A stretch of DNA of 64,000 bases, taken from assembly GCF_030684315.1 (NCBI RefSeq), contig NC_081356.1, positions 16,579,197-16,643,196 on the forward strand. The letters run 5' to 3'. Below, one piece after another: positions 12,225-26,074 of the stretch (the stretch's first letter is position 1; every line of letters starts with the position of its first letter). The notes under the pieces are model-generated. The model saw only the letters and a program-made list of their open reading frames with translations, was not told where the DNA came from and ran no database searches. The stretch comes from Stegostoma tigrinum. Taxonomy: Eukaryota. The position numbers and the translations under genes are program-made.

Positions 12225-12486
12225 GTTAGATTTCCTACAGTGTGGAAACAGGCCCTCTGGCCCAACAAGTCCACATTACCCCTTGGAGCATCTTCTCTTC
12301 CCCACACCCCTGAACTCTATGGGCAATTTAGCATGGCCGATCCACCTAACCTGCACATCTTTGGACTGTGGGAGGAAACTGGAGCACCTGGAGGAAACCC
12401 ATGCAGACAGGGGGAGAACGTGCAAACTCCTCGCAGACAGTTTCCCCAGGCCCCTGGTGCTGTGTGGCTGCAGTGCTAGCCACTGT
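12225..12486 (-). mobile_element. HE1-like V-SINE (host of the Penelope insertion; its 5' end resumes at 14008-14020)
   Basis: cctaacctgcacatctttggactgtgggaggaaactggagcacc is the reverse V-domain; CR1-like tail at the left end. Confidence 0.85.
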
Positions 12487-14007
12487 AATAAAATGTGAGG
12501 CTGGACGAACACAGCAGGGCCCAGCAGCATCTCAGGAGCACAAAAGCTGATGTTTCGGGCCTAGACCCTTCATCAGAGAGGGGCAGATGGGGTGAGGGTT
12601 CTGGAATAAAGAGGGGGAGGTGGAGAGGAGGGGATAGGTCAGCCCAGGGAAGACAGATAGGTCAAGGAGGTGGGATGAGGTTAGTAGGGAGATGGAGGTG
12701 TGGCTTGGGGTGGGAGGAAGGGATGGGTGAGAGGAAGAACAGGTTAAGGAGGCAGACAGGTTGGACTAGTTTTGGGATGCAGTGGGAAGAGCTGGGCTGG
12801 TTTTGGGATGCGGTGGGGGAAGGGGAGATTTTGAAGCTGGTGAAGTCCACATTGATACCATTGGGCTGCAGGGTTCCCAAGCGGAACAAGTTCTGCTCCT
12901 GCAACCTTCAGCTGGCATCATTGTGGCACTGCAGGAGGCCCATGATGGACATGCCATCTAAAGAATGGGAGGAGGAGTGGAAATGGCTTGCGACTGGGAG
13001 GTGCAGTTGTTTATTGCAAACTGAGCGGAGGTGTTCTGCAAAGCAGTCCCCAAGCCTCCACTTGGTTTCCCCAATGTAGAGGAAGCCACACCAGGTACAG
13101 TGGATGCAGTATACCACATTGGCAGATATGCAGGTGAACCTCTGCTTAATGTGGAAAGTCATCTTGGGGCCTGGGATAGGAGTGTGGGGGCAAGTGTAGC
13201 ATTTCCTGCAGTTGCAGGGAAAGGTGGTGGGGTTGGAGGGCAGTGTGGAGTGAACAAGGGAGTCATGGAGAGTGAGAGAGCGTTACAAGCTGGTTGCCTG
13301 TGATGGAGACTGAGAGGTCCAGGAAGGTGAGGGATGTGCTGGAGATGGCCCAGGTGAACTGAAGGTTGGGGTGGAAAGTGTTGAAGTGGATGAACTGTTC
13401 TTGCTCCTCTAGGGAGCAAGAGGCGGTGATGATACGTTCATCAATGTAACGGAGGAAGAGGTGGGGTTTGGGGCCTGTGTAGGTGCAGAAGAGGGACTGC
13501 TCCACGTAACCTACAAAGAGGCAGGCATAGCTGGGGCCCATGCAGGTGCCCATGGCCACCCCTTAGTCTGTAGGAAGTAGGAGGAATTGAAAGAAGTTGA
13601 GGGTGAGGACGAGTTTGGCTAGGCAGATGAGGGTGTCGGTGGAGGGGGACTAGTCGGGCCTGTGGGACAGGAAGAAGCAGAGGGCCTTGAGGCCATCTGC
13701 ATGTGGAATGCAGGTGTATAGGGACTGGACGTCCATGGTGAAAACGAGGTGTGGGGGGGGGGGGGGCACCAGGGAATTGGAGGGCGTGGGTGCTGTCATG
13801 GACATAGGTGGGGAGTTCCTGGACCAAAGGGGAGAAAATGGAGTCCAGATAGGTGGAGATGAGTTCGGTGGGGCAGGAGCAGGCTGAGATGATGGTCGAC
13901 CAGGGCAGGCAGGTTTGTGGATTTTGGGAAGGAGATAGAAACGGGCCATGCGGGGTTGGGGAACAATGAGGTTGGAGGCTGTGGGTGGGAGGTCCCCTGA
14001 GGTGATG
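12487..14007 (-). mobile_element. 5'-truncated, frameshifted Penelope-like retroelement (RT plus GIY-YIG plus hammerhead-bearing 3' repeat)
   Basis: - strand ORF pieces FYLLPKIHKP, FTMDVQSLYTCIPH, AMGTCMGPSYACLF, FLRYIDE, NVVYCIHC..CGFLYIGETK..L..EH; 10-bp TSD tagccactgt at 12477-12486 and 14008-14017. Confidence 0.93.
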
Positions 14008-14384
14008 TAGCCACTGTGCCTGGTGAGCTTAGCTGCTGGAGCCAGTGTACTTAAAATTCACTTCTACAAGCAATAAATTGCAGATCATGTGCCAAGTAAC
14101 AGATTAGGATTTAGTTTGGTTGTCAACAGCATGTGGCCTAATTATATAAAACAAAAAAATTCCAAATGGAACACATGGGAGTAGAGCTTCCACTTTTGCC
14201 AACTATGAAATCATTGAATATGCTGTCCTAGTCATTTCAAATGAGCCAGTGCTGCATTAAGGCTTGTAATTAGCTTACTGCCCCCATGCAATGTGACTTG
14301 TTTGTTTCAATAATTGCCATAGCTACATGCAAAGTGAGGTATAAAAAATTACAATGTATTAATCAAATTGCCTGTTTCAACTGG

Positions 14385-14660
14385 CAATTTGGCCCAACAG
14401 GTCCACACTGACCTGCTGAAGAGCATCCCACCCAGACTGATCCCTGTAACCCTGCATTTCCCATGGCTAATGCATCTAACCTGACACCCCTGAACACTAA
14501 GCAATTTAGCTTAGCCAATCCACCCAACTGTCCCATTTGAGCTGGGAGGAAGCCAGAGACCCCTGCGAAATGTTGAGAACATGTGAACTCAAGTCACCTG
14601 AGGCTGGAATTGATCCTGGATCCCTGGCACTGAGGCAGCAATACTACATGCTGGACCATT
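14385..14660 (-). mobile_element. Degenerate HE1-like SINE
   Basis: ggcccaacaggtccacactgacc...gcaatttagcttagccaatccacc...gaggctggaattgatcctgg; similar to 12225-12486. Confidence 0.7.
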
Positions 14661-15026
14661 TGCTCTTGAGCAGCCTGGGTCTGATTTCTACAAAGGCTCA
14701 AATTGTATTGTAGTAGTGACAATTTGAAATCAAAGTAATCAAACTTCAGGTAGAAGATGGTAAAGACTGCAAATCCTGGAAGTCATCCACTAAAATGTAG
14801 AGCTGGAGAAGCACAGTAGGTCAGCCAGTATTGGAGCAGGACAGTTAATGTTTCAGGTCTGGGCCCTCTTTCAGCTCCAAAAAGAAAGTGCTTTTAAATT
14901 AAAGCAGCCAGAATTTGGTTTTAAACAATTTCTACAAATATTAAAGCAAATGGCTGTGCTATTCAGCCTGTTATGAATGTGTAGTCGTCAGTGGAGACTA
15001 ACTTGTGGAATTTGCATCTATCCTAG

Positions 15027-15260
15027 GGTATGCAAGATGTGATGAAAAGAGAATTTGGTGTAATGGTATTTTCTGCCTTGATGAGAGGAATGTGTGTGAT
15101 GGAAAAACAGACTGTGCTGATGGTTCAGATGAAATTAACTGCCCAAACAAAACCTGCCTTGGAATGCAATGGCAATGCAGGAACCAAAAATGCATCCCTA
15201 CAATTGCCAAGTGCAATGGTGTTGATGAATGTGGGGACAACTCTGACGAGGAATTCTGTG
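15027..15260 (+). CDS. lrp13: lrp13 exon 3: LDLa 2-3
   Basis: YARCDEKRIWC...CDGKTDCADGSDEINC...CNGVDECGDNSDEEFC; AG/GTGAG; 234 nt, phase 1-1. Confidence 0.93.
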
Positions 15261-16297
15261 GTGAGTTCAGTGCCATAGTCCATTGTGGTTCTAGAACATC
15301 AGATCAAACTTCCCTTCATCTGGGAGGTAGTTATCTATGGTGGGCAAGACTTAGTTTATCACTCCTGTACACTCTTTTGCAAAAACTTGTCTCCATCTTC
15401 CCAGCTAAATGTTTCAGTAAACTTTTTAATGTGGGAAAACAGTCCCAGAAAATCTCCCACTTTTAACATTGGGTTTGGACTCCAGATTAAAAAGCATTGC
15501 CTTTTAAAACAAGTGTTAAACGTTCTAATCTGGTAGAAGTGATTTTTCTTAAAGATTGATTTTTGTCAATGCAAATCTGCAATACCAATTTTGCTTGCTG
15601 GGACCCTCTGACTTGGATGAAGAAATTCTGGGTCAAAGTATGACCCCATTCCCAGACTGAATGGAAAGACAAATGGCATTCCTGTTCCTGAATGCAATTT
15701 CTGTCAAGTGCTGTGAATGAGATTAGTCTCAGCTGTTTTTCCAGGCTTTAAGCGGTGATGAAAAATCCTCCCTCAACTGAAAATCAGTGTATTGGAAGCT
15801 AATGCTGACCAACAATTCATGACAGGAATTCTTTGCTTCTTCCCCCAGGAAGCAAATGTAATTAAGAGTAAAAGATTGTTATCAATTTTGGGTTGTTAAA
15901 TGAATAGTAAGCTGGAATATATAGACCTAGTGAATACATCTGAGGTGCACAGCTTTAGTGGCTTATTAGTCCACTAATGCTTTAGTGGAATCTAAATTTC
16001 TGGATAGAAGCAGAAAGAGTTGAAGATGCCCCCATGCCATGAGCACTCAAGGTGTGCACAACCCCTTTGAGTGAAATGTGTACTAAACATAATCTTGCCT
16101 GACAAGAAGCTTAGGGTGTCAGGATGTACAATATTGGGCACTGTATTTTTCTGTCAAGATCTGTTTCATGCAGCATTGTTTTAATGCTTGGTGTTCCTGC
16201 TTGTATGTATTTTCAAAAGCAATACAGAATGCATTGGCTTTACCACTTAAAACCAGATTTTTACAATAGACTAGACTCTGCCAGTTTTTCTTTGCAG

Positions 16298-16417
16298 AAG
16301 CTAAACACAAAGAAACCTGTTCAGAATACAAATGCAGTAACAAATGCTTACCTGAGAATAAGATTTGTGATGGAATATCAGACTGCATTGATGGGATTGA
16401 TGAACCGGAATCTTGTG
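16298..16417 (+). CDS. lrp13: lrp13 exon 4: LDLa 4
   Basis: TCSEYKCSNKCLPENKICDGISDCIDGIDEPESC; tttgcag/gtaag. Confidence 0.92.
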
Positions 16418-16890
16418 GTAAGAACTGAACTCAGTTTTGGCACTAATTTGACACTTCCATAAGAAACCTTTTTAGTTCTTAGCATTTGCTTTGCCTTAGT
16501 GTGCAAATTGAAAACTCTCTCGTAATGAGTACACAGTACTCTCTGCATGCCTGTTTTTAAGTGTTATCCAAATATCAATATGCTGTGAATCCAACTAGTC
16601 CAAGTTTCTTTGGTATGACATTCAACATCATGCATCTTGATGCATGATAAAGCTGCTGACTTCAGTGGCTTGATTCATAAATGGATCATTCCACTATCTG
16701 TGCGCCACATTTTGGTGTACCTCAAGAATATTTTTACTTAATTGCCTTGGTTTATAAACTTGCACTCCCTTTTGACTAGTTAGGATTCTGGCAAGGTAGC
16801 CAGTTTGGTATTGCAGAATTGATGTGTTCTACACATGACTTTATTGTGCAAGAATTACCTGTAACTTTTATTTCCCTGCTTGCTTCTTAG

Positions 16891-17007
16891 GTAAGAAGTG
16901 TTGGGACAATGGTGGAGGCTGCAGTATGTTGTGTGAAGAAACTATTTGGGGTGTGCACTGTTTTTGCCCAGCAGGCATGATTTTACAAGCTGACAAAAAC
17001 TGTTCCA
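16891..17007 (+). CDS. lrp13: lrp13 exon 5: EGF
   Basis: KKCWDNGGGCSMLCEETIWGVHCFCPAGMILQADKNCS; cttcttag/gtaag. Confidence 0.9.
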
Positions 17008-17109
17008 GTAAGAAACTAACAATTAACTTTTTAATTATCTACTGATTTAGTTTCTCTGAACTTGTTTAGACTTGTTACATGCAGCAAAATTGTCATGTTT
17101 TAACAATAC

Positions 17110-17260
17110 ACTACCACAGATACTAAAGATCTGAAGGAACTCAACAGATCCAGCAGCATCTATAGAGAAAGCTGAATTAATACCTCAATGCAAGATGTTA
17201 ACTGCTTTCTCTTCAGATGTTGCCTGATCTGAAAAGTTCCTCCAGAAACTTCTTCATGCA
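17110..17260. mobile_element. Old palindromic Penelope-terminus derivative
   Basis: ggaactcaacagatccagcagcatct ... agatgttgcctgatctgaaaagttcc form inverted arms resembling family 1. Confidence 0.5.
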
Positions 17261-18739
17261 GTAGTTTCTTCATCTTAAAAGGCACTTTCCCATGTCTTCC
17301 TTCCACTATGATTTGGAAAAAATCTTGGCTAAGGCTGAAATTTTAAATGTGTAGTTTTAGTACTCAAATTGAATAATGCAAACATTGCTCCAACAAATCT
17401 ATGCAGTTCCTTGGGAAAATAATGGAGGAAGCTGTACCTAAAATCTCAACTTAAATCTTGAATAAATGTTTTCTCATCTACAGGATCTAGATACTGACTA
17501 GACTAATACATATTGTCTATCCCTAATTGTTACCAATGATGGTGAGATGCTTTCTTGAACTACTGCAGTCCATGGTGTGTAGGCATACCTACCTGTTGGG
17601 AGAATACTAGGATTTTTGACCCAGTGACAGTAAGGAAGAGTTCCAAATCAAGATTACAACACCAGGAGGGGAACCTTGATGGTGATCCCACACTGTATTT
17701 CCCCCTGTGACTCAGGAAGTCACTAAATTAGCTGCTTTGGAGGCAACTCAAGTTACTGCAATGCACAAGGTAGATGAACTCCAGTTCCATATACTGGATA
17801 GGGAAATAAGCGAAGGCATCAGAAGGTGCCAGTTAAGCAGACTACTTTGGGCTCTCCAGTCAAACTGCTTGAATGTTGGAGGTGCAGCCCACAAGGGAGA
17901 TGGAATATGACCATCTTTCTCCTGACTATATTACAGATGGTAAGTGGGCTTTGAGAAGTCAGGTGAGGTTACTCATGGTGGAATGTCAGTCTCTGGCATG
18001 CTCTTAACCACACCAACATAGCTAATCATTTTGTTTCTGGACAAATGTAGTCCCCAGGTTGTTGACCACAAGGGATTATGGAAATGCCATAGTGTTGAGG
18101 AACAATTTGATGATCCTCTTTGGTAAACATGGCACACTACTTGCCACATGAACCAATGCCTTGATAAGTGTTGATCTGACTCCACTAATGTTATCACCTG
18201 CAAAATTCATACCTTGCTCCTACTTAGGTTCTTGTTTTGTGTTCTCCACTCCCTCCCCAGCTGACACTTTTAAGTTTTTTATTAATTTTAAGTATTTAAA
18301 TTTTGCAACACTTTCTTTTAATTCAATGAAGCTTCAATTTACAATCTCAATGCCTCTTTCCAGACTGGGGTATGTTACACATCTCTCCTCTTGCTGGAGG
18401 CAATTAGTAAATTCCTGTTTAGTGTCTGCTTGCATTCTCCACACTTCATGCCTGAGTAAATATTTACCTACCCAGTATATCTGCACAATGTCTCAAGTCA
18501 AGTCATTAATAAAGCTTTGTTTTTGATTGTACTGACTTGGCACAAGCCTTGCCAAGCATATATGCCAATCCCACCTTGCTGCTTGTTTCAGCTGCAGTAG
18601 CTAGCACCCTGCATGTAACATTTAATCTTGCTCTGGAAGTTGCTCAGCAATTAGTGTACTAAAATGTCAGCATGCTAACAAGCTTTATGTAAATCATGTG
18701 AACCTCAAGAGAAGCACCTGAGTCAGATGTACAGCAGGC

Positions 18740-19300
18740 AGACACCTTTTTAATCCAACTCATCCAGGCTGGCCAGATATCCTAAACAGGTCTAGTCCAA
18801 TTTGGCCCATATCCTTCTAAACCCGTCCTATTCATCTACCCATTCAGATGTGCCTTTTTAAATGCTGTAACTGTACTGGGCTTCTCCTCACTTCTGGTAA
18901 TTCATTCCATACACATGCCACCCATGTGGGGTGGGGGGAATCTTATTAGTGTTTAAACTTTTTTCCTCATTTAAACTTCTGTTCTCTAGTTTGGATACTT
19001 CCCCCTCACTGGGGAAAAGGCTGCCTATATTTACCCTACCCATGTCCCTCACACTTCAAATGCCTGTTACCCTCTGACACTTCAAAAAATAGGCCCAGCC
19101 TATTAGCCTTCCCACCATTTCCCAGCTTCACCCCCCCCCCCACCCCACAAAACCTAGCAAAATTTTTATTTCCCTTCCCAACCCTCCAAGTTTCAAACCT
19201 GCTTCCTATAGCAGAGATCCCAAGAATTGCAAGCAGTATTTCAAAAAAGGCCTATATAGCCACGATCTCCAACTCCTTCACTCTGCACTGAACAAAAAGC
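18740..19300 (-). mobile_element. CR1 LINE 3' fragment
   Basis: tttggcccatatccttctaaacccgtcctattcat... is typical of a reverse CR1 3' end; similar text at 49480-49980. Confidence 0.6.
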
Positions 19301-19745
19301 AAGCTGTCTCTTGGACACTGCACTTCAGCTATAATTTTGAGCTGACTGTGTTTGTGGCTGTAAAAGGCTTATTGTAATAAGGCACTGAAGAACAAGCTGT
19401 CTGGGATTATGTGGGTACCAACATGTAATAGTCTTATAACAAGAAAATACAAGTTCTGATCTTTAATTATTAGTTTCATTCTCTAATCCAAGTGAAGAAT
19501 TTAAAATTGAATTTTAGTAGCTACACTATTTTCTCACCACTTGGTGAAAACATTTAACTCAGCTGTTGGACTTAATTGCTCAATGTCAAGTATCAATTCT
19601 TCAACTTAACTGCATGTCTTCAGAAAATGCTTGTATGATGTGCATAATCAATTCAGTTTGTATGCAATGGTCATTGCTCTTTCAAATAGCTGTGCAAGCA
19701 ACAGGTGTCCATCCCAGATGACTGACACCTTTTTTCCTTTTGCAG

Positions 19746-19949
19746 AAGGCACTACCTTCTTGGTGACAGCTGGACAGCGCAGTCTAGGGATACTGGATTT
19801 AAACAGCAGGAAGTACACATCAATGGTGGTTAACAAGGAAGTTGTGGCTGTTGCTAATGATCTAGCAAAGGCTGCTTTTTACTGGGTTGATGTTGAAGGG
19901 AATATATTTTGGTCACTAGCCAAAAATGCCAGCACTCCAATTTACAGAG
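19746..19949 (+). CDS. lrp13: lrp13 exon 6: beta-propeller 1 start
   Basis: GTTFLVTAGQRSL...AAFYWVDVEGNIF; tttgcag/gtaat. Confidence 0.88.
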
Positions 19950-21099
19950 GTAATTTTGACTTTAAATACTAGAAATGTGCATGCCTGAAGAACTCCTGTA
20001 CTCAATAGGACTTTATCTCCATCCTATGGAATTATTACACTAACTTGGTCTACTGGAGACATTTTAATCTCTTACAGTTAAATCCCTAAATATTAAATTT
20101 CAAGCATGGAATATGATTGAAGTGAAACAGGGTTTTTTTGTCTATTTAACAGACCATTTGGCTATGAAGCTTAGGCTGTTTCTAATTATCCAAACTAATT
20201 TCTTGGCACTCAGTACCTGAATACACCAGTAGAGCTGATGAATCATGGTTTTTTAGGGCAAGTATTTAGAATTAAAGCTAGCTAAACATACTCACATTAA
20301 GTGTTTTGAGCTGGTCACAGCACAAGGCCTGGGCCCACCTCTTCTTCCTCCTCCCAAGAGGACTAGGTGTGGGCATGTGGTTGGATGGTCAGCCATCCAT
20401 TTCCCCCTCCCACTCTTACCCTCAGCATTGAATGAATGCTTTTAGCTGGGGAGACAAGTCTTGTACCATGTTGATTATTCTGCAGTGTGGTGATAATGGA
20501 CTTAATTTGCAAGGGGAACTGACTGGCAGTTCTGTGACTGCTAACAAGACTCCATGTTCCCTCATGTTGGGTCAGGCATATCCTGAGCAGCTGCTGGCCC
20601 TCCCAAGGAGTGGGTGAAAAACCAGTGGTTATTGAACATTTTTGTATCAAGGACATTGGCTTAGGGGAGCCTACAACAGTAAGTTGATTAGCAGATTGAA
20701 GGATTTGTGTAGCTTTAATTTTGGCTTACTTCCAGTGCCATATGCTGCTGAGTAGACATGTGGAAAGATAAGTCAAACATGTGACTAAAAGGATAGTGTA
20801 AGAGGGAAGACCTCCAATTTTAGGTCACTTGCTATAGAAAGTGGGACCCATGTAACCATGTAGCTTCCATCTAGAGAAAGGGATCCAGGCTCCCCACAGG
20901 GAGCCTTCTCCATTTTGCTAGAAAAGTTGAAACTACCTCTGGCTGGGGCTCTCCACTTGCTCCAAACACTGGCTCTGAAATGAATTAGAGGTATACTAGT
21001 TCCTTCCTGCCAACAGATGGAAGAGACATGGCATGATGAGGCACATGGGTGCATTAAATTTTTAATGCAGAGCTTATCTAGTAAAGTGGGTGAACCTGA

Positions 21100-23765
21100 A
21101 GTGTAGACATGAATGATTACTGCCATTACTAACTTTCCCTTGAACAAAGGGAAGGACTGGCAGTTCTGCATTCCAGGATGCAGTTTTAGGCATGATTTGG
21201 ATGTAAGAGGTAGTGTTGTCCTATAGTAGTGAGATTCAACTTTTCATGGAGGAAATGTCTTTGTTTCAAAGGAAGACATCTGGGTAGAGTTTAAAAATAT
21301 AAAGGGTTGAAATCCCAGGTGACTTCAATACAGGCCTCCCATCAGACAAAGGGAGCAGATGTGAGTAATGGTTATACAGTAGGGTTTTTCAACTTTGCTA
21401 AGATTTTTCTCCAGTGACAGGATTAGACAGTGCAATTTCTAACAGTCCTACTAGAGATAGTCTAAGATGCTTTATCTGAGGGAATGAAGCCAGTCAAGTG
21501 GTTGACCACTTTGGGAATAGTGACAACACCCAAGTTTCAAGTCCTTATGGAAAGATGAGGATAAAAGTGGAAGTTGACCTGGCCTTGCCAACTTAGGCAG
21601 CTAAATATCACTGAAACAGGATCTGGCAAACACTGAGAGCAACTACTCTTGTAGTTAAAACTACATCTGGAAAGTGGAAATCTCTTAACCGGAGTTCAGG
21701 GCCAACATCTCTCAAAGGCAGAGGTGGCAAATTCCACAAACATGGATGTGGAGAACCCACCAAGAGGAAGCCTGTGGTGAAACTGAGTATTAAAGAAGCC
21801 TGTTAAGATTATGGTGTAAGAGGGTATTTGGAGGGGGCCAGTGTCTCTGGTAGATTCCCTTAAGCAAAATGCCTTGGCATTAAAAGTATGTGCCTCCCTT
21901 AAACCAAAAGGAGAGCCAGAGGATATGGATAAAGTCTTCAATGAATTTTTAAAGGGAAGTTAGGGCATTGTAGCTGAAGACTTCATCTACTGAGGGCCTG
22001 ATGGAATGTAAGCCAAGTTTGTTGGGCCCTGATTAAATACTTTGGTCACAAGTCATGTGGCAGATGATTGGCAGGGATAGATTGGGTAATGACACATCAG
22101 TTAGTCTAATCTTGGTGGTAGAGATTTTCTTTGGAAAAATCAACTTTGTCTTAAATCAACACTTAGAGGCAGAGTTGGATTGGGATAGCCAGAATGACTT
22201 TGAGGGGAATCCTGTCTAACCTAACAGGCCTGTTTCCCTTTGAAAAGATGCATTTTGAAAAAAAGCATTACCCTCAAAGTTCCCTTTGACCTCTTCACAC
22301 AGAAGGCTGGTCCAAAAGTGAAGTTGAGTGGGTGGAGAGACTCCAGTTCCTGGGGAGTAATTATAACCAACTTGTCCCAGGCTGTCAAATGTGACAGTTA
22401 AGGCACAGCAATGCCACTTGGGTAACCTGGCATGTCAGTAAGGATCCTCTATGGCTTTTAGATGCACCATTAGAAGCCATACTGCTTGGATGCATAATGG
22501 CCTAGTATGGCAACTGCTTCACCCCAGGACAGTGAAACTGTAGAAGCTTGCATGCACAGCCCAGACCAGACAGAAGCCAGACCTCCAATCCATGGGCTCC
22601 CATTTCACATGGCTTTGGCAAAAGGATACTAACAAAGACCCATGACATCCCAGTAATGCTGTCATCCATCTGCTTTCTTCAGGGAGAAGATTCAGAAGCT
22701 TGAACACCTGAACCAGCAGGTTCAAGAAGGCTTCCTGGCTATTTAGACTGAATTGACTAACTTCAAAATGTTGTTGCACTTGCCTAGTGCACATCTTATG
22801 CAACACAACCTACATACCTAAACTGTTTTAACCCTATGATCTGCATGTACTTGCTGACTATCTGCCTGTACTACTCAACTTTCTTATACATGAAATCACT
22901 TCATTGCCAAATGCACCAGTCAACTTCAGATTCAAATGGTGGAGGGTTGTGTGACTGTAAGCCTGTGACCAGTGATCACAGGGTTCAGTGGTAGGACCTC
23001 TCATATCTCTTAAATGACTTGGATGTAAATGTGGATAACCAACTCTTTTAATATATGCAAGTTACATGTATTGGTAGTATTAGTGAGCAGTCTGATCAGC
23101 TGGTAAACTGGGCAGACCAATAACAGATGGAATTTAATCTTGACGAGTGAGGTGATGCATCTTGGGAGGCCATAAGGAAAGGTACATACAATGGCTGACT
23201 CCTAATGGATACTGAAGAACAAGTGGATCTTGGTGCACTAGGCCATAGATCTCCATGTGTCAGCACAACAAGATTTTGTAAATAAAGCATTCAGGATGCT
23301 TCCTGCCTTTAGCTGGGACATAACATGGAAGTAAGGAAATCCCCTTTATGACTTCACAACATTGTGTGCCATCTTGGGTCTATCCTGTTCCTGTCAGCAC
23401 AGACAGAATGCCATGACTGCACTGGTGAACATCTCTACCTTCCCCAGGATGTTGTCTGGGAAAACTACTTGACAGACTATTTGGGTTTGTTCCCCTCAGA
23501 TCCACCCTATTTGCACTTCATTTTGTATACAGGCTCTAAGACTAGGATGAGTTATAAGGTGCAGAGTAAGTGACTCGGACCTGAGCTTTTCACCCAGGGT
23601 TGTTGGAAACATGAATGTGCTTCTCAAAGGTGGTGGAGGCAGGTATATGCTCAAAATGTAAGCATCTAGCTAGGTACTAAATGTCAAAAGTATAGACTAT
23701 GGACCAAATGCAGGTAATGGGGCTAGTGTAGTTTTTAGGATAGCATAGACATGATTGGTCAAATC
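21100..23765 (+). mobile_element. Highly decayed CR1 LINE, with another LINE 3' fragment nested at about 22330-22890
   Basis: Endonuclease/RT remnants (QG.V.GP, WA..QMEFN), CR1 tail gactatggaccaaatgcagg. Confidence 0.55.
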
Positions 23766-24443
23766 CTGTCTTAATTGACCCAACTAGGATTTACTGTCAC
23801 TTCCTAATTCTACTAGGACATAATAATAAGCTACACCATGTAAGTATACCCTCAATTGTACCTAGAATCCAGGAATTTGCCACACTGCAGAGTCATGCAA
23901 TTGTAAATAGTAACTTGGTGGGGAACTGGCAAGCAGTATCTCCATATGCTGTTCTAGTGGTGACAAACTTGGAAGAAGTCTGGGTAGCTTCCAATGTTTT
24001 ATATGGATAGCATACCACTGGTAGTGAAATTGTACTTCAAAACTTGGTGCTAATCCAGGAGGCCTTCACTTTAGGAATTACCTAGGCCATCACTCCATGC
24101 CTCCAACTTTGATCTTCCCTTTAAAGTGGGAGATGACAGCTGCTGAGGGTGTTGGTTTTAGGACATGGTTATGGTAAACTTTGAAGGCATTGTTCAAATT
24201 ATCACAGTCCAGTACAGACTTGATACCTTGCCACCAAATCTGAATCTTTATGAAATGCAAGTCAAACCTTGGTATCTCAGAAGGGAGGATACCTCTCTTT
24301 AAATTTTGCTTGTTCACCTGATCTTCCTGCAACACTGGGCACAAGCAAATTAGTATAAAATCCAAGTGATTTAAAACTGACCCATAAATCAGTGACCTAT
24401 CAAGCCATGATTGATAACTTTCAATCCTTTCTCCCCACCCCAG

Positions 24444-24609
24444 ATAAAGGAGTGACTAGTATTGCTACTGACTGGTTCACTGGGCTGATTTACTGGACCA
24501 ACCTCTTTGAGGAGAGAATTTGTGCTGGCATGTCTAATGGCAATGGATTTACAACCATCCTAGAGAAGAACATAAGACCAGAGCAGCTGCTCCTCCTACC
24601 AGCAAAAAG
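24444..24609 (+). CDS. lrp13: lrp13 exon 7: YWTD repeats
   Basis: KGVTSIATDWFTGLIYWTN...RPEQLLLLPAK; phase 1-2. Confidence 0.92.
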
Positions 24610-26074
24610 GTAAGTTTCTTGTAACTAAGATGCTGCTGATACATAATTAAGACTCCTAGTCTCACACACCTTCTTTACACTATTCATGATTAGCAATTGT
24701 GTAACAGGTCTTGCTAGATAACACGTATACTACCATGGAGACCAGTCCTTAAAGGGGAACATTTGCATATTCCCTGGTCAGCTGTTGGAAGTCTCTTCCA
24801 ACTGTCAAGGCCAAAATTTTTTACTAGAGGCTAAAGAGATCAAGATACCAGGAGAAAGCAAGATAGAATATTGGAATCATGGAGGTAACATTTGATCTAC
24901 ACCTAAAATGGGCCAAAAAACTACCAAATCTATAATAGTCCCACTTTCCAGCAGTGCCTAAGGCCTTGCACAACATCTAAGCAGATGTCTAAAAATTTAA
25001 GGCTTTTCCCACCTCCAATGTCTATAGTGCATTCCAGATTCTCCCACAGAACCTTCCCCCTAATCTCTGGCTTTCATTTTTCTCCAACAGCTCTTTTTTT
25101 CCTATTCCACTAAAAGGAGCAGTTGCTTTCAATTTACTCTAACCTTGCCCATCTGTCTTCTAGACATCCTTCCTTCTGATGGTCTCCACACCCACTGGTC
25201 TACTCCTTGTTTCAAGCAGTGAATTGTAGCATAGGATTTAATGCTTTGCGCACACGATTGTAGATGTTCACTGGTGTTTAAAATGACCTTGTAGAAATTA
25301 GATTTCCCACCCCCCCAGGATATTTAAATGGACTTTAACAGTTTTATTCCTCCTTGCTGAGCTCAAATTTAGCAAGGAAAATACTTCCTCTTCACCATGC
25401 CATGATAACCAAGTATGTACTAACATGAAATGAACCACATTTTCAGACAGTAGTTTGAATATGCATCGTAAGTCACTAGTTCTATCCTCTACAGCAACGT
25501 AAAACTTAAAAGGAAAAAACAAAACTATTGCAAACCAAACCACTTGCATGACTATTTAAATTCCTCCAAGATTTGGAAGAGCAAAAGCCAAACCAGCTTG
25601 AGGTTCATGATTCTAAATGAAGCAAATGATTGCTGGCAGAATCCAAATCTCAATTGTGGTGTGTACTTTTAGTGCCTCCTCCAGGCTCCTGGGTGAGCCA
25701 AACACTTCATGCAAACTTAGCCAGTAAAATTGCATGTTCTAACGTCCTTTCACCTCTACTCTTAACTCTATTTTCTTGGAAATTAGTATTTGAGTGAGTA
25801 ACTGTTCCATTCTCCAACTAGAGGGTCTGAGCTTACTTCAATGTTGGGACAATGTTTCTAATCAACTTGTGAATCTAAGGCCCACTCAATTGAGCAAAGG
25901 AGTTGAGTTTCAGTCTACTTGTTTCCAGTTATTGCATTATCAACTTTGCATTGGGGAGTGTCCTCTCAAGTGGGCATATAGCAGGAACTAAATTGGCTTT
26001 AATGGAGTATTATTGCATTAATCAACTGAATCTGTTCAGCTGCAAAGGATCATGAATGCAACAATCTTTTTCAG

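Noticed and set aside
12495-13079. 194-aa + strand ORF
   Set aside because: Antisense shadow of the Penelope element.
18535-18615. Possible decayed calcium-binding EGF exon (C.HIC...FSCS) in intron 5, where an EGF-B might be expected
   Set aside because: It needs a frameshift, has no D-x-D/N-E-C start and no clear splice sites; too weak.
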